A stretch of 64,000 nt of DNA from Flavobacteriales bacterium. Its GTDB lineage: Bacteria; Bacteroidota; Bacteroidia; Palsa-965. Position numbers and translations under genes: made by a program. The stretch spans positions 1 through 64,000 of the forward strand of contig JBEIPA010000019.1 in the NCBI GenBank assembly GCA_040377305.1. The letters are read 5' to 3'. Below the pieces are notes generated by a model. It saw only the letters and a program-made list of their open reading frames with translations. It ran no database searches and was not told the origin of the DNA. Positions 28,614 to 38,659 of this stretch are shown here, in pieces (the stretch's first letter is position 1; every line of letters begins with the position of its first letter).

Positions 28614-31160
28614 TTGATGTTATTCCGTTTACGTTTATTATTCACGATCATCATCGGGTGTTCATGTACTGTACTCGCTGCGCAAACTGCAACGGTTACC
28701 GGAACTGTAACCGATGAGCAACTGAACACACTGGAGAGTGCGCTCGTTGGTTATGTTGGTGGACCATCTTCCATTTCCGACTACACAGATTCCAGAGGAA
28801 ATTTCAGCATCAGTATTCCTTCAGGTCGTAATGTAATTATTGCGGTCAAGCTTATCGGGTATATTGAATACAGGAAAGCTGTTACGCTTCAATCAGGCCA
28901 GACATTGAATCTGAGCATTCAACTGGAACGTAACAACCTGATGGAAGACACCATCAAGGGAACAACCATCTACGCCGATCGTATTTTCGAACCTGGCGTT
29001 CCGATCAATCCGAGAACGTTTGACCATCTTCCCTCGCCTTCGCAGGATATCACAGCGATGCTGAAATATGTAGGGGCAGTTTCGAATAACGAATTGAGTA
29101 CACAGTATTCTGTTCGCGGCGGAAACTTCGATGAGAATCTGGTGTACATCAACGGAATTGAAATCTATCGCCCTATTCTCACGCGCTCGGGTCAGCAGGA
29201 AGGATTGACATTCCCGAATCCGGATATGACAGACAATATTCACTTCTCCGCAGGTGGATTCGAAGCAAAGTACGGAGATAAAATGTCATCGGTGCTGGAT
29301 GTTCGTTATCGTCGCCCGACCAAATTCGCGGGAAGATTTTCTGCATCACTTCTCGGTATTCAGATGGAAGTTGAAGGACAAACGAAAGACACCCGTTTGT
29401 ATGGAATGCTTGGAATCCGTCAGAAATCGAACCGCTACATTTTGAATGCGATTGACACGAAAGGTGATTACACTTCTTCGTATATCGATGTGCAGGGATT
29501 GGTTGGTTACGACATCAGCGATCAATGGAATCTGGAATACATCGGCGGAATGTCGATGAACAAATACAACCTCGTTCCTGCCACCCGCGAAACAGATTTC
29601 GGAACACTGAACAACGCATTGCGCTTCACGGTGTATTTCGAAGGACAAGTAGTGAATCAATTTCAAACGCAGTTTCACTCGTTGTCGCTCAATTATCGCA
29701 CGAACAGCAACTGGAATCACAAGTGGACGGGTTCTGTTTTTAATTCATACGAAACAGAAACCTTCGACGTACTTGGACAGTACTGGATTGATCAGCTGGA
29801 AGCAGATTTCGGGAAGCCAACGTTTGGTCAGGTTGCATTCAACCGTGGTGTTGGATCGTTCCTGAATCACGGCAGAAATTATCTGAACGCCTGGATTGTC
29901 AATGGTGAATACCGCTCGACGTATGTAAGTGACGACGAACGTCACACCTGGCTCATGGGTGCGAAATTCCAGTACGAACACATTGAAGACGAGTTGAGCG
30001 AGTGGAATTACGTTGACTCTGCAGGATTCTCTATTCCATTTTATCCGCTCAACAGTTTCGACGTACAGGATCTTGTAAAGACACGCGCCCAATTGTACTC
30101 GAACCGTGTTTCCGGCTATGTACAGTACCGTTTTGCCGATACACTTCGTGATTCATCACGCTTCGTACTCACTGTTGGTGTACGCGGACAGCACTGGGAT
30201 CTCAACGGTCAAACCTTATTCAGTCCACGCGCACAACTTCGATGGAATCCACACTGGAAAAATCAAAACGTAATTTTCACAGCGAGTGGCGGATTGTATT
30301 ACCAGCCTCCTTTTTACCGTGAGCTGCGTGATTACAATGGCGTAATGAATCGTAATGTGAAGGCTCAGACTTCTGTTCATGCGGTACTCGGTACCGATAT
30401 CACATTTGAAGCGTGGAACCGTGATTTTCGTTTTATCGGAGAAGTGTTCTACAAGTATCTCGACAATCTGAATCCGTACGAAGTTGATGATGTTCGTATC
30501 CGCTATTTCGGTGGCAATATGGCGCGCGGTTATTCGTACGGCCTCGACATGCGTTTGTACGGTGAATTTGTGGAAGGTGCAGAATCGTGGCTGAGCATTT
30601 CTCTTCTGCGCACGCGTGAAGATTTGTATAACGACTTTTCGAATATTTACATCAACACCGATGGCGACACGATTGTTTCGGGCTACACCTTTAATGATAC
30701 AATTGCCCGTGTCATCACGAATTATCCGGGCATGATTCCACGTCCGTCGGATCAACTTCTCACGGTAGGTTTGTACTTCCAGGATGAGCTTCCGATTCTT
30801 CCCGATTGCAAAATGAACATGGGATTGATTCTCGGAACCGGAATGCCTTTTGGTCCACCGAACCACGAGCGTTGGCAGCAGGTTTTCCGCATGCCGCCTT
30901 ATCGTCGGGTCGATATCGGATTCTCGTATCTCATTCTCGGAGATGACAAGAAGAACAAACCAAAAAACGATGCAGTGCGTGAGAGCAGAGCAAACAAAGT
31001 TGTCAAATCGCTTTGGATGGGTGTAGAGGTGTTCAACCTTCTTCAGGTGAATAACACGATCTCTTACTATTGGGTGAAAGATGTGACGGGAAGATCGTAT
31101 GCGGTGCCAAACTACCTTACTAATCGGCAGTTGAGTGTAAGATTGATTGCGCATTTCTAG
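28614..31160 (+). CDS. TonB-dependent receptor
   Basis: N-terminal CarboxypepD_reg; plug YSVRGGNFDENLVYINGIEI, GGFEAKYGDKMSSVLD; C-terminal Phe. Confidence 0.92.
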   Translation: MMLFRLRLLFTIIIGCSCTVLAAQTATVTGTVTDEQLNTLESALVGYVGGPSSISDYTDSRGNFSISIPSGRNVIIAVKLIGYIEYRKAVTLQSGQTLNLSIQLERNNLMEDTIKGTTIYADRIFEPGVPINPRTFDHLPSPSQDITAMLKYVGAVSNNELSTQYSVRGGNFDENLVYINGIEIYRPILTRSGQQEGLTFPNPDMTDNIHFSAGGFEAKYGDKMSSVLDVRYRRPTKFAGRFSASLLGIQMEVEGQTKDTRLYGMLGIRQKSNRYILNAIDTKGDYTSSYIDVQGLVGYDISDQWNLEYIGGMSMNKYNLVPATRETDFGTLNNALRFTVYFEGQVVNQFQTQFHSLSLNYRTNSNWNHKWTGSVFNSYETETFDVLGQYWIDQLEADFGKPTFGQVAFNRGVGSFLNHGRNYLNAWIVNGEYRSTYVSDDERHTWLMGAKFQYEHIEDELSEWNYVDSAGFSIPFYPLNSFDVQDLVKTRAQLYSNRVSGYVQYRFADTLRDSSRFVLTVGVRGQHWDLNGQTLFSPRAQLRWNPHWKNQNVIFTASGGLYYQPPFYRELRDYNGVMNRNVKAQTSVHAVLGTDITFEAWNRDFRFIGEVFYKYLDNLNPYEVDDVRIRYFGGNMARGYSYGLDMRLYGEFVEGAESWLSISLLRTREDLYNDFSNIYINTDGDTIVSGYTFNDTIARVITNYPGMIPRPSDQLLTVGLYFQDELPILPDCKMNMGLILGTGMPFGPPNHERWQQVFRMPPYRRVDIGFSYLILGDDKKNKPKNDAVRESRANKVVKSLWMGVEVFNLLQVNNTISYYWVKDVTGRSYAVPNYLTNRQLSVRLIAHF

Positions 31161-31171
31161 TGTACACTCAA

Positions 31172-31307
31172 CGACTCTGTGGAGTCGCATATTCCTAACA
31201 ATCCCCTCCCAAAAGACCGTTTCCCGATGCGCGGCGCCCGCGGCGCCGCGCATCGGGAAACGGTGGACACCCATTGCTTGTTAGGAATATGCGACGCCAC
31301 AGCGTCG
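31172..31307. repeat. REPIN-like nested palindrome
   Basis: 30-bp outer IR (28/30) enclosing a perfect 23-bp stem with 3-nt loop (31216-31264). Confidence 0.9.
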
Positions 31308-31336
31308 AATCGCGAATCTTCTGCTAACTTAGCACC

Positions 31337-32335
31337 ATGATGAAACGTATAGCGATTGCTCTGCTTTTAATCATCCCCTTTTTTCACAATAGCTGCAACA
31401 ACGAACTCGAACTTCTTTCGGAGTACGAAGAGAAGATTGTTTGTTTTGCTGTGCTCAATCCGAACGACACTGCGCACTATGTACGTGTAAGCAAAGTGTT
31501 TCTTGGCGAAGGAAACGCCTTGCAGTTTGCACAAACACAGGATAGCATTCAGCTTCGTCCCGAGAATATGGAAGTGCGCATCACGCGTCTTCAGAACAAT
31601 GTAGAAACGCAATCGTGGGTTCTGCAACCTGACACCACCATTCCGCGTGAAGAAGGAATTTTTCTGTACCCCACACAAATCATATACAAGGGCGTTTTTC
31701 CGGTACTCACCGATGGAAGTCTCTACAAGCTAACCGCGACCGATCTCGTCACAGGTTACACGACGACGTCTACTGTTACTGTTGTGCGTGATGTGGTCCA
31801 CACCAGTCCAACCGGATTTCAGTTTCTGAATTTTGAGGACGCAGGAAGTATTGGATTTTATTTCAACTCTGGTGTGTACGGAAGACGATATCAGCTTAAG
31901 TTGCGCTTTTGGTACGACGAGCAATTCATCTACGACACAACACAGGTTGCGAACCAATACGTAGATTGGATTATCGGAGAAACAGATTCATATTCAGATC
32001 AGGGTGGAGAGTCGATGGTCATTTCCGTGGTACGTAGAAATTTTCTGAGTATGCTCGCGAATCAGATTGAAGTAAATCCACTGGTAAGAAGAGTTTCTAA
32101 GCGTGTTGATTTGTATTACACGAGTGCGCACGATGATTTGGTGACTTACATCCGCGTGCAACAAGCGAATGCAGGAAGTGCACAGGAGTTGCCGGAGTTT
32201 ACCAATATGGAAAACGGATTGGGATTGTTTACGACGCGTAATCTAACGGTGTACACGAATTACAATCTGGATCAGGATACGAAGTATGCGCTCACGACGG
32301 AGGACATTCTGGCTGACCTGAACTTCGTTAGGTAA
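31337..32335 (+). CDS. DUF4249-like lipoprotein
   Basis: Lipoprotein-like HNSC; YVRVSKVFLG; PEFTNMENGLGLF; follows a TBDR. Confidence 0.7.
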   Translation: MMKRIAIALLLIIPFFHNSCNNELELLSEYEEKIVCFAVLNPNDTAHYVRVSKVFLGEGNALQFAQTQDSIQLRPENMEVRITRLQNNVETQSWVLQPDTTIPREEGIFLYPTQIIYKGVFPVLTDGSLYKLTATDLVTGYTTTSTVTVVRDVVHTSPTGFQFLNFEDAGSIGFYFNSGVYGRRYQLKLRFWYDEQFIYDTTQVANQYVDWIIGETDSYSDQGGESMVISVVRRNFLSMLANQIEVNPLVRRVSKRVDLYYTSAHDDLVTYIRVQQANAGSAQELPEFTNMENGLGLFTTRNLTVYTNYNLDQDTKYALTTEDILADLNFVR

Positions 32336-32744
32336 ACACATAGGAACATAGCCCATTGTTTTCTTGTTGGGTGAAAGAAATACATAGTTCACAAGAGAAT
32401 AATATCGCCAGGCGATATTTCTCGTGTGTTCCATGTTCACGCGGAGCCTTAGCAACAAACGAAAACTATGTTACCATGTGTTTAACTTTTCACACTACGT
32501 TGTGAAACAGAAACCTACTCGGCTCCACGTACGTTTTTAGGTAAACACATTGAAACATAGCCCATTGTTTTCTTGTTGGGTGAAAGAAAGACATAGTTCA
32601 CAAGAGGGTAATATCGCCTGGCGATATTACTCGTGTGTTCTATGTTCGCGCAGCGCCTTAGCACCAAACGAAAACTATGTTACTATGTGTTTAACTTTTC
32701 ACAATACGTTGTGCAACAGAAACCTGATCGTCTCCACGTACGTT
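32331..32744. repeat. 209-bp tandem duplication of a MITE-like rod palindrome plus 54 bp of the adjacent gene's 3' end
   Basis: Units start at 32331 and 32540; TIRs TAAACACAT..AACATAG / CTATGTT..ATGTGTTTA; central AATATCGCC-W-GGCGATATT. Confidence 0.92.
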
Positions 32745-35069
32745 CAGGAAATACATTCCCGCCGGAAATTCTTCCAACGAAATCTGAAGTGTACTTGCAT
32801 TAATTACACCACTCAATACAACCTTTCCGGTGATGTCAGTAAGCGTGTAATCCGAATACGCATCAACATCATTCACAGTAATTGAGTTTGTTGTTGGATT
32901 CGGATAAACATCGAGCTGCGGCGTTTCCGAATGAAGATCATCAATTGTTGTCACCCATTGAATTGGCAATACCTGGAAGTATGGATGATATCGGCCATTC
33001 GCTGACGTCATTCCGCCACCAATGAAAATACGGGTTGCTGATGCCTGCATGCACGTTGGCGCCTGATCAGGGAATGGAGTCCACGGATCTACAGCATTAT
33101 TTCCTTCGTCGAACGCAATAAGATTTGGTTGATAGTTTACATTCACCAATTCGAACGGTCCCGCCAAAAAGAAATCATCACCGAATGTGGTGAACGCACT
33201 CACGTGTACATCGCAGTTGAAATTCAGTGGCGACAATTGCAAAGTCGTAGTGTCTACAATCGCGAAATCGGGAGAAGGATTTCCATTCACGCCATCGAAC
33301 CAACCTGCGATTGCAAGCTTGCCGTTGTAAAATTCCGCGTGATAGATTCCATCATCCGTATCGCAGATCCATGTTAAGTCTGCTGCTGCAGTCGTTGGAT
33401 GTACCCGCGCCATGTTCTGACGTGGTTGTCCTGCAATTGAATTGAAGAACCCTGATACATAAATCCAGTTCGGAGTGACTTGAATCGTGTTTACTGTTCC
33501 CAAACAATTCGGCCCCCAGTTTGCAGCTACGCCGGTCGACTTATCTACTTTACCAATGTTGTTGCGGGGCTGACCTCCATACGCGTTGAAATTACCACCG
33601 GCATAAACGAACGTATCGGTCACAACAATTGTTCTCGCAATTCCACCAACCACCGGATTAAACGGCAACAATGTTCGTGTGTTCAGATTTATGGCTGCCA
33701 TTCTACCGCGTGTTGTTCCTCCTACCGCAGTGAAATCTCCTGCGAAATACAAGGAATCACCATCCAGCGTCATTGTCTTCACTGCGTTGTTTGCATTCGG
33801 ATTCCATGTAGTTACTGCACCGGAAATCGTACTGAGCGCACACAAATTGTTTCTGTCAACTCCACCAATCGCGAAGAAAGAACCACCAATGTATAATCTT
33901 CCGAACGTATCTCTCACTGCGGTATAAACAGTATCGTTGATTTTCGGATTCCAGTTTGGAGCAACAACACCCGTATCATTGCGCGTAACGATTGCTCCGC
34001 GAATGCACGTATCACCTTCCACACGCGTGAAGCTTCCTCCAATAAAAAACCGTGCGCTGTCTATCGGTTGAAGTTTCCGAACAACATCGTTCGTTGTTGG
34101 ATTCCAGGAGTAAAGTGTATCGAGAATCGGGTTTACACAGGCAAGATTGGTGCGCGGCTGTCCCAGTACGCTGTTGAATTTCCCGGCGATGTAACACAGT
34201 GTGTCAATCAGTTCGATATCATACACCTGTCCGGTTATTTGCGCGTTGGCTGGTGTAACGTTCCCGGAATAAATATCGAGTCGTGCTAAACCTGCGCGGG
34301 GAATACTGGTGAATCCGGTAAAAGTGCCACCGAAAAGGAGACGATTGTAAATCAATTCCATATCGTACACGGGTCCATTGCAGTTAGGCACCGCAGTCCA
34401 TGGAATTGCGTTGGTGTGAAGCGGAAAGCCGCTGATCTTTTCAACTTTAGCAATGTACGGTGGATTGTATGGTCCTACTTGTGTGAAGTCGCCACCAATG
34501 ACAATTGCATCGAAAAAAGTATCGAGTGCCATACAATAGACCGGACCGTTCACATTCGCGTTGAATACAGAGACATTCTGAGAATCGATACCAACTGCTG
34601 CAAGATTGTCACGCTGCTCCGTTTCAACATATGTAAAGTCTCCGCCGATGTACAACAGCGAATCGATGAGCAGTGAATACACAGGTCCATCGATATAATA
34701 ACTGAATGTAGGATCGAATGTACCGTTGGCATTCAAACGAAAAATGTTATTCACATCGGTATTGCCCACTCGCGTAAAATCTCCGCCCACATAAATGCGT
34801 CCGAAAGTATCGCGGATCATTGCACGAATAGGTCCGTTTACTTTGAAGTAGTTTTGATCGGGAATTGCAGTTGCTGTATCAAGTCGGACAAACGAACCGG
34901 AGTATGGTGAAACATTGTCGAAGTCACCACCGATAATCACCGTGGTGTCGTGCAAAATAAGGGAGTGGACAGGGCCGTTTGGCACCCAGAATGTGCTGTC
35001 GGGAACCTGAGCGCTAATCTTTATGCAATAAAACACCAACGCAAAAATGAGGGGTAGCTTAACTTTCAT
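32691..35069 (-). CDS. T9SS type-A substrate, beta-propeller repeat protein (DUF5122/delta-60-like)
   Basis: Repeats YIGG.FT...RNNL..WNP..NG.V; CTD VYPNPT..DITGK..GMYFL. Confidence 0.82.
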   Translation of the reverse strand: MKVKLPLIFALVFYCIKISAQVPDSTFWVPNGPVHSLILHDTTVIIGGDFDNVSPYSGSFVRLDTATAIPDQNYFKVNGPIRAMIRDTFGRIYVGGDFTRVGNTDVNNIFRLNANGTFDPTFSYYIDGPVYSLLIDSLLYIGGDFTYVETEQRDNLAAVGIDSQNVSVFNANVNGPVYCMALDTFFDAIVIGGDFTQVGPYNPPYIAKVEKISGFPLHTNAIPWTAVPNCNGPVYDMELIYNRLLFGGTFTGFTSIPRAGLARLDIYSGNVTPANAQITGQVYDIELIDTLCYIAGKFNSVLGQPRTNLACVNPILDTLYSWNPTTNDVVRKLQPIDSARFFIGGSFTRVEGDTCIRGAIVTRNDTGVVAPNWNPKINDTVYTAVRDTFGRLYIGGSFFAIGGVDRNNLCALSTISGAVTTWNPNANNAVKTMTLDGDSLYFAGDFTAVGGTTRGRMAAINLNTRTLLPFNPVVGGIARTIVVTDTFVYAGGNFNAYGGQPRNNIGKVDKSTGVAANWGPNCLGTVNTIQVTPNWIYVSGFFNSIAGQPRQNMARVHPTTAAADLTWICDTDDGIYHAEFYNGKLAIAGWFDGVNGNPSPDFAIVDTTTLQLSPLNFNCDVHVSAFTTFGDDFFLAGPFELVNVNYQPNLIAFDEGNNAVDPWTPFPDQAPTCMQASATRIFIGGGMTSANGRYHPYFQVLPIQWVTTIDDLHSETPQLDVYPNPTTNSITVNDVDAYSDYTLTDITGKVVLSGVINASTLQISLEEFPAGMYFLNVRGDDQVSVAQRIVKS

Positions 35070-35103
35070 GGGTAGCGAAAATAGGTAGTATAATTTGATC
35101 CAG

Positions 35104-37497
35104 TCAATATCGAATAATCCGTAGCTGTGAACTTATTTGCTCAGCGTTTGTGACATTCAGAAAATACATTCCCGATGAGTAATCAGTGAGCGACAATTGA
35201 ACCGTAGAACCCAGCAAATTTCCAGACTGCAGAACGTTTCCTGCAACATCTGTGAGTGTATAAACTGAATGCTCCTCGAGTCCTTTCACGACCACATAAT
35301 CACTTGTTGGATTCGGAGAAACTGTTAATCGCGATTGCGGAGGTATATGGTCAGTGGTCGAGGTAACCCATTGTATAGGGAGCACCTGAAAATAAGGGTG
35401 AAACCTCCCGGCTGTAAGTGTTGCAGTGCCCCCTACGAATAGACGTGTTCCTGTTGTGTGTAGTGTTAGCGGCATGCTATTGGGAAATGGCGACCAGGGA
35501 TCAACTGCATTGTCACCAACATCAAAAGCAACTAATTGAGGGCGATACGTATTACCGGCGAGATCAAACATTCCTCCTATGAAAAAGTCATCGCCAAACT
35601 GCGTGAATGTTCTCACGAATCCATCCGTAGAAAATGAAAGTTGTGCAAGTTGTGCACTGGTTGATGTGTCGACCAGTGCAAACTGAGCTGCACTCTGCGC
35701 ATTAACGCTGCTAAACCAGCCTGCAATTGCCAACTGATTGTTGTGCATTTCGGCATGATAAACTCCATCATCGGTATCACACACCCAACTCAGATCTGCA
35801 AGTCCCGATTGAGGAAACAATCGCGCAACATTCTGACGTGGAGTACCACCTATGTTACTATAAAAACCCGCAACGTATATCCACTGCGACGTAACAAGTA
35901 TAGAATTTACTGTACCGAAACAATCAGGATCCCACGTCGATGATTGCCCCGAGAACTTATCCAGTTTTGCAATATTGTTACGTGGTTGACCTCCAATCAG
36001 TGTAAAATTGCCTCCGGCGTAAACCAGACTGTCGGTTATAGTGATTGTGCGAACAACACCATCTGCAACCGGATTGAATGGTAGCAGCGTCAATGTTTGC
36101 AAATCAATTGCACCAATATGGCTTCTTGGAGTTCCGTCAATTGTCGTGAAATACCCTCCGAGATACAGAGAATCTCCGTCCAGTGTCATTGTGTACACCG
36201 TGGAATCAACATCGCACGTCCAGTCTGTAACCCTTCCTGAATTCAGACTAATTGCACATAAATTTTTTCTGTGACAACTTCCTGCTCCGTAAAAATCGCC
36301 GCCGATGTATAAACGCTGTGAGGTGTCGCATATCGCCGTGTAAACATTTTGATTGAACTGTGGATCCCAATTCCGGGTGAGCAATGTAGCCTTGTTAATA
36401 ATTGCGCCGTGACCAGCGGTGTCGTTGGCGATTCTGGTGAAATTGCCACCGACAAACAAACGTGTTTTATCGAGAGGAAAAATCACACGAACTTCACCAT
36501 TCGCATTCAGATCCCACCACTGACGTAATATCAGGTTGTCGTCTAAGGCTGCGATATTATTACGCGTCTCGCCACCGGCACTAGTGAATTTCCCTCCGAT
36601 ATAAATCGTACTGTCGGTGAACAACATCGTATAAACCGGACCGTCGAGTTGCGCATCCGCCGATTGCCACAGGCTTCCGTTGCTTAGCAATACCTTGCCA
36701 AGGCCCCTGCGCGGGTAAACCGCGAAATGTGTGAAATCGCCCGCCAGGTACAGCCAAACACTCTCGATATGTAAGTCAAATACCGGTCCGTTCACATTCG
36801 GTATTGCATTCCATGAACCAACTGCACCAAAGGACATTTCAATCTTCGCCACAAATGGGTGCGCGTAATTATCGACGTGACTAAAATCCCCTCCGATTAC
36901 CATTGTGTTGCCTGTGTAATCAGGGACCATACTGTAAACAGGTCCGTTGACATTCGGATTACAATCATGCGTTGCTCCGGTGATCAGGTTAATAGCACCG
37001 AAATTGTTTCGCTCTTCCGCGTTAATGTGCGTAAACTCTCCTCCGATATAAAGTGCAGTATCATTCACCTCCAAACAGTAAACCGTACCGATAACCGTGT
37101 GTACGAATGAATGATCGAATGTGCCGTCGGGTTTGAGGCGAAAAAGATTGCCCACGCTTTGGTTGGCCACCCGCGTGAAACTTCCACCCACATAAACATA
37201 ACCCAGACGATCACTTGCCGTGGCGTACACCGTTCCGAAAACTTTTGGAAATGATGCATCAACGTTCGGAACGGTTGTATCCATTCTTACGAATGCACCG
37301 GTAACAGGCGATACAAGATCAAAACTTCCGCCAAGGATTATTGTGGTATCGTGAATAACGATTTTATGGACTGGACCGTTCGGAACCCAGAAAGTTGTAT
37401 CCGGCTCCTGAGCGGAAATTCCTCCGCTGCTCAATACAACAGCAAATAGCACCAGTAATCTCCCCAAAATGACCATTGGTAAATGTGTTGATGGCAT
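35104..37497 (-). CDS. T9SS type-A substrate, paralog of 32691..35069
   Basis: Shared PD.TFWVPNGPVH and HPYFQVLPIQWVT; same repeats and CTD. Confidence 0.82.
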   Translation of the reverse strand: MPSTHLPMVILGRLLVLFAVVLSSGGISAQEPDTTFWVPNGPVHKIVIHDTTIILGGSFDLVSPVTGAFVRMDTTVPNVDASFPKVFGTVYATASDRLGYVYVGGSFTRVANQSVGNLFRLKPDGTFDHSFVHTVIGTVYCLEVNDTALYIGGEFTHINAEERNNFGAINLITGATHDCNPNVNGPVYSMVPDYTGNTMVIGGDFSHVDNYAHPFVAKIEMSFGAVGSWNAIPNVNGPVFDLHIESVWLYLAGDFTHFAVYPRRGLGKVLLSNGSLWQSADAQLDGPVYTMLFTDSTIYIGGKFTSAGGETRNNIAALDDNLILRQWWDLNANGEVRVIFPLDKTRLFVGGNFTRIANDTAGHGAIINKATLLTRNWDPQFNQNVYTAICDTSQRLYIGGDFYGAGSCHRKNLCAISLNSGRVTDWTCDVDSTVYTMTLDGDSLYLGGYFTTIDGTPRSHIGAIDLQTLTLLPFNPVADGVVRTITITDSLVYAGGNFTLIGGQPRNNIAKLDKFSGQSSTWDPDCFGTVNSILVTSQWIYVAGFYSNIGGTPRQNVARLFPQSGLADLSWVCDTDDGVYHAEMHNNQLAIAGWFSSVNAQSAAQFALVDTSTSAQLAQLSFSTDGFVRTFTQFGDDFFIGGMFDLAGNTYRPQLVAFDVGDNAVDPWSPFPNSMPLTLHTTGTRLFVGGTATLTAGRFHPYFQVLPIQWVTSTTDHIPPQSRLTVSPNPTSDYVVVKGLEEHSVYTLTDVAGNVLQSGNLLGSTVQLSLTDYSSGMYFLNVTNAEQISSQLRIIRY

Positions 37498-37566
37498 TAA
37501 TCGCTAATCGGGGGGATGAAGCACTAAAGTTAGTATTTTTGGGCTTCTTAAATTATCAGCGTTCGA

Positions 37567-38589
37567 ATGAAAAAGTTTTTGGGATTATCAGCCGTAGTTT
37601 TTCTGTTCAGCATGTGCAGCACGGAAATGGATTTGTTGGATGACTGGAAAGAAACCACTGTTGTTTACGGGATGCTTGACCAGTCCCAGACCACACAGTA
37701 CATCCGTATTCAGAAAGCTTTTCTTGGGCCGAACAACGCGTACGACATGGCGCAGCAATACGATTCCATCAATTACGTGAATGGTCTTGATGTTCGCATG
37801 GAACGTTTGACGAACAACGACGGAGTTGATGCTACGATTATTTTGCAGCCTGATACATTCTACAACAAACAGCCGGGTGATTTCTACGCACCGATGTATG
37901 TTGCCTATTCGTTCACTCCTCCTACCGGTTGGTTGAGCACTTCTTACAGATACCGCCTCGTGGTCAACAATGCTTCTACAGGAAATGAAGCGAGCGCTAC
38001 TACACGCATCGTAAGCAACTACGACATCATTCAGCCAAACTTTGGTACCATCGGATTCGCCAGCAACAACGCGAATTACAAAGTGGAGATCAAATGGGAT
38101 CCGGCTACAAATGCAAAACGTTACCAGGTGATGGCTTACTTCTACTACACGGAGATTGACATCAACATGGTAGGTACTTCAAAAGTTACCAATGGTTGGT
38201 TTATTGCTGACCAGGAGCCGACAGGATCGCAAGTTGCTGACGAAAGCGTGAAGTTTGAGCCGGACGGATTTTACCGTTTCGTTGCTTCTGAAATTCATCC
38301 GGATAACAATATTATTGAACGTCGTTCAGACAGTGTGAAGTTTTACGTTTACGCATGTGGCGAAGAGCTCAACGATTACATGAATATCAACGGTCCGTCG
38401 AGCAGTATTGCTCAGGAACGTCCGCAGTACACAAACATCGATAACGGTTTGGGTGTGTTCTCTGCGCGTACATCGGCATCGCGTTCGTATGTGCTCGCGA
38501 ATCAATCAGTCGATTCTCTTTCACGCGGAAGGTTTACTTGCACGCTCAAGTTTTTGGATCACAACGGAGATAACTTCGGCTGTCAGTAG
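37567..38589 (+). CDS. DUF4249-like lipoprotein (paralog of 31337..32335)
   Basis: FSMC lipobox; YIRIQKAFLG; PQYTNIDNGLGVFSAR; TATTTTTG box at 37534. Confidence 0.7.
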   Translation: MKKFLGLSAVVFLFSMCSTEMDLLDDWKETTVVYGMLDQSQTTQYIRIQKAFLGPNNAYDMAQQYDSINYVNGLDVRMERLTNNDGVDATIILQPDTFYNKQPGDFYAPMYVAYSFTPPTGWLSTSYRYRLVVNNASTGNEASATTRIVSNYDIIQPNFGTIGFASNNANYKVEIKWDPATNAKRYQVMAYFYYTEIDINMVGTSKVTNGWFIADQEPTGSQVADESVKFEPDGFYRFVASEIHPDNNIIERRSDSVKFYVYACGEELNDYMNINGPSSSIAQERPQYTNIDNGLGVFSARTSASRSYVLANQSVDSLSRGRFTCTLKFLDHNGDNFGCQ

Positions 38590-38610
38590 GCATCCGGTTC
38601 TAAAATTTTC

Positions 38611-38643
38611 AAGCCGCTTTTGAGAAATCAGGAGCGGTTTTTT
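38611..38643 (+). terminator. Intrinsic terminator
   Basis: AAGCCGCTTTTGA-GAAA-TCAGGAGCGGTTTTTT. Confidence 0.8.
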
Positions 38644-38659
38644 CGTGCCATGTGCCGAA

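Noticed and set aside
30216-31274. 352-aa antisense ORF and other shadow ORFs
   Set aside because: They lie opposite well-supported genes and carry no motifs
32482-32744. Diversity-generating retroelement TR/VR pair
   Set aside because: The 5 mismatches are not confined to template adenines on either strand, the adjacent palindrome is co-duplicated, and no reverse transcriptase is in the window
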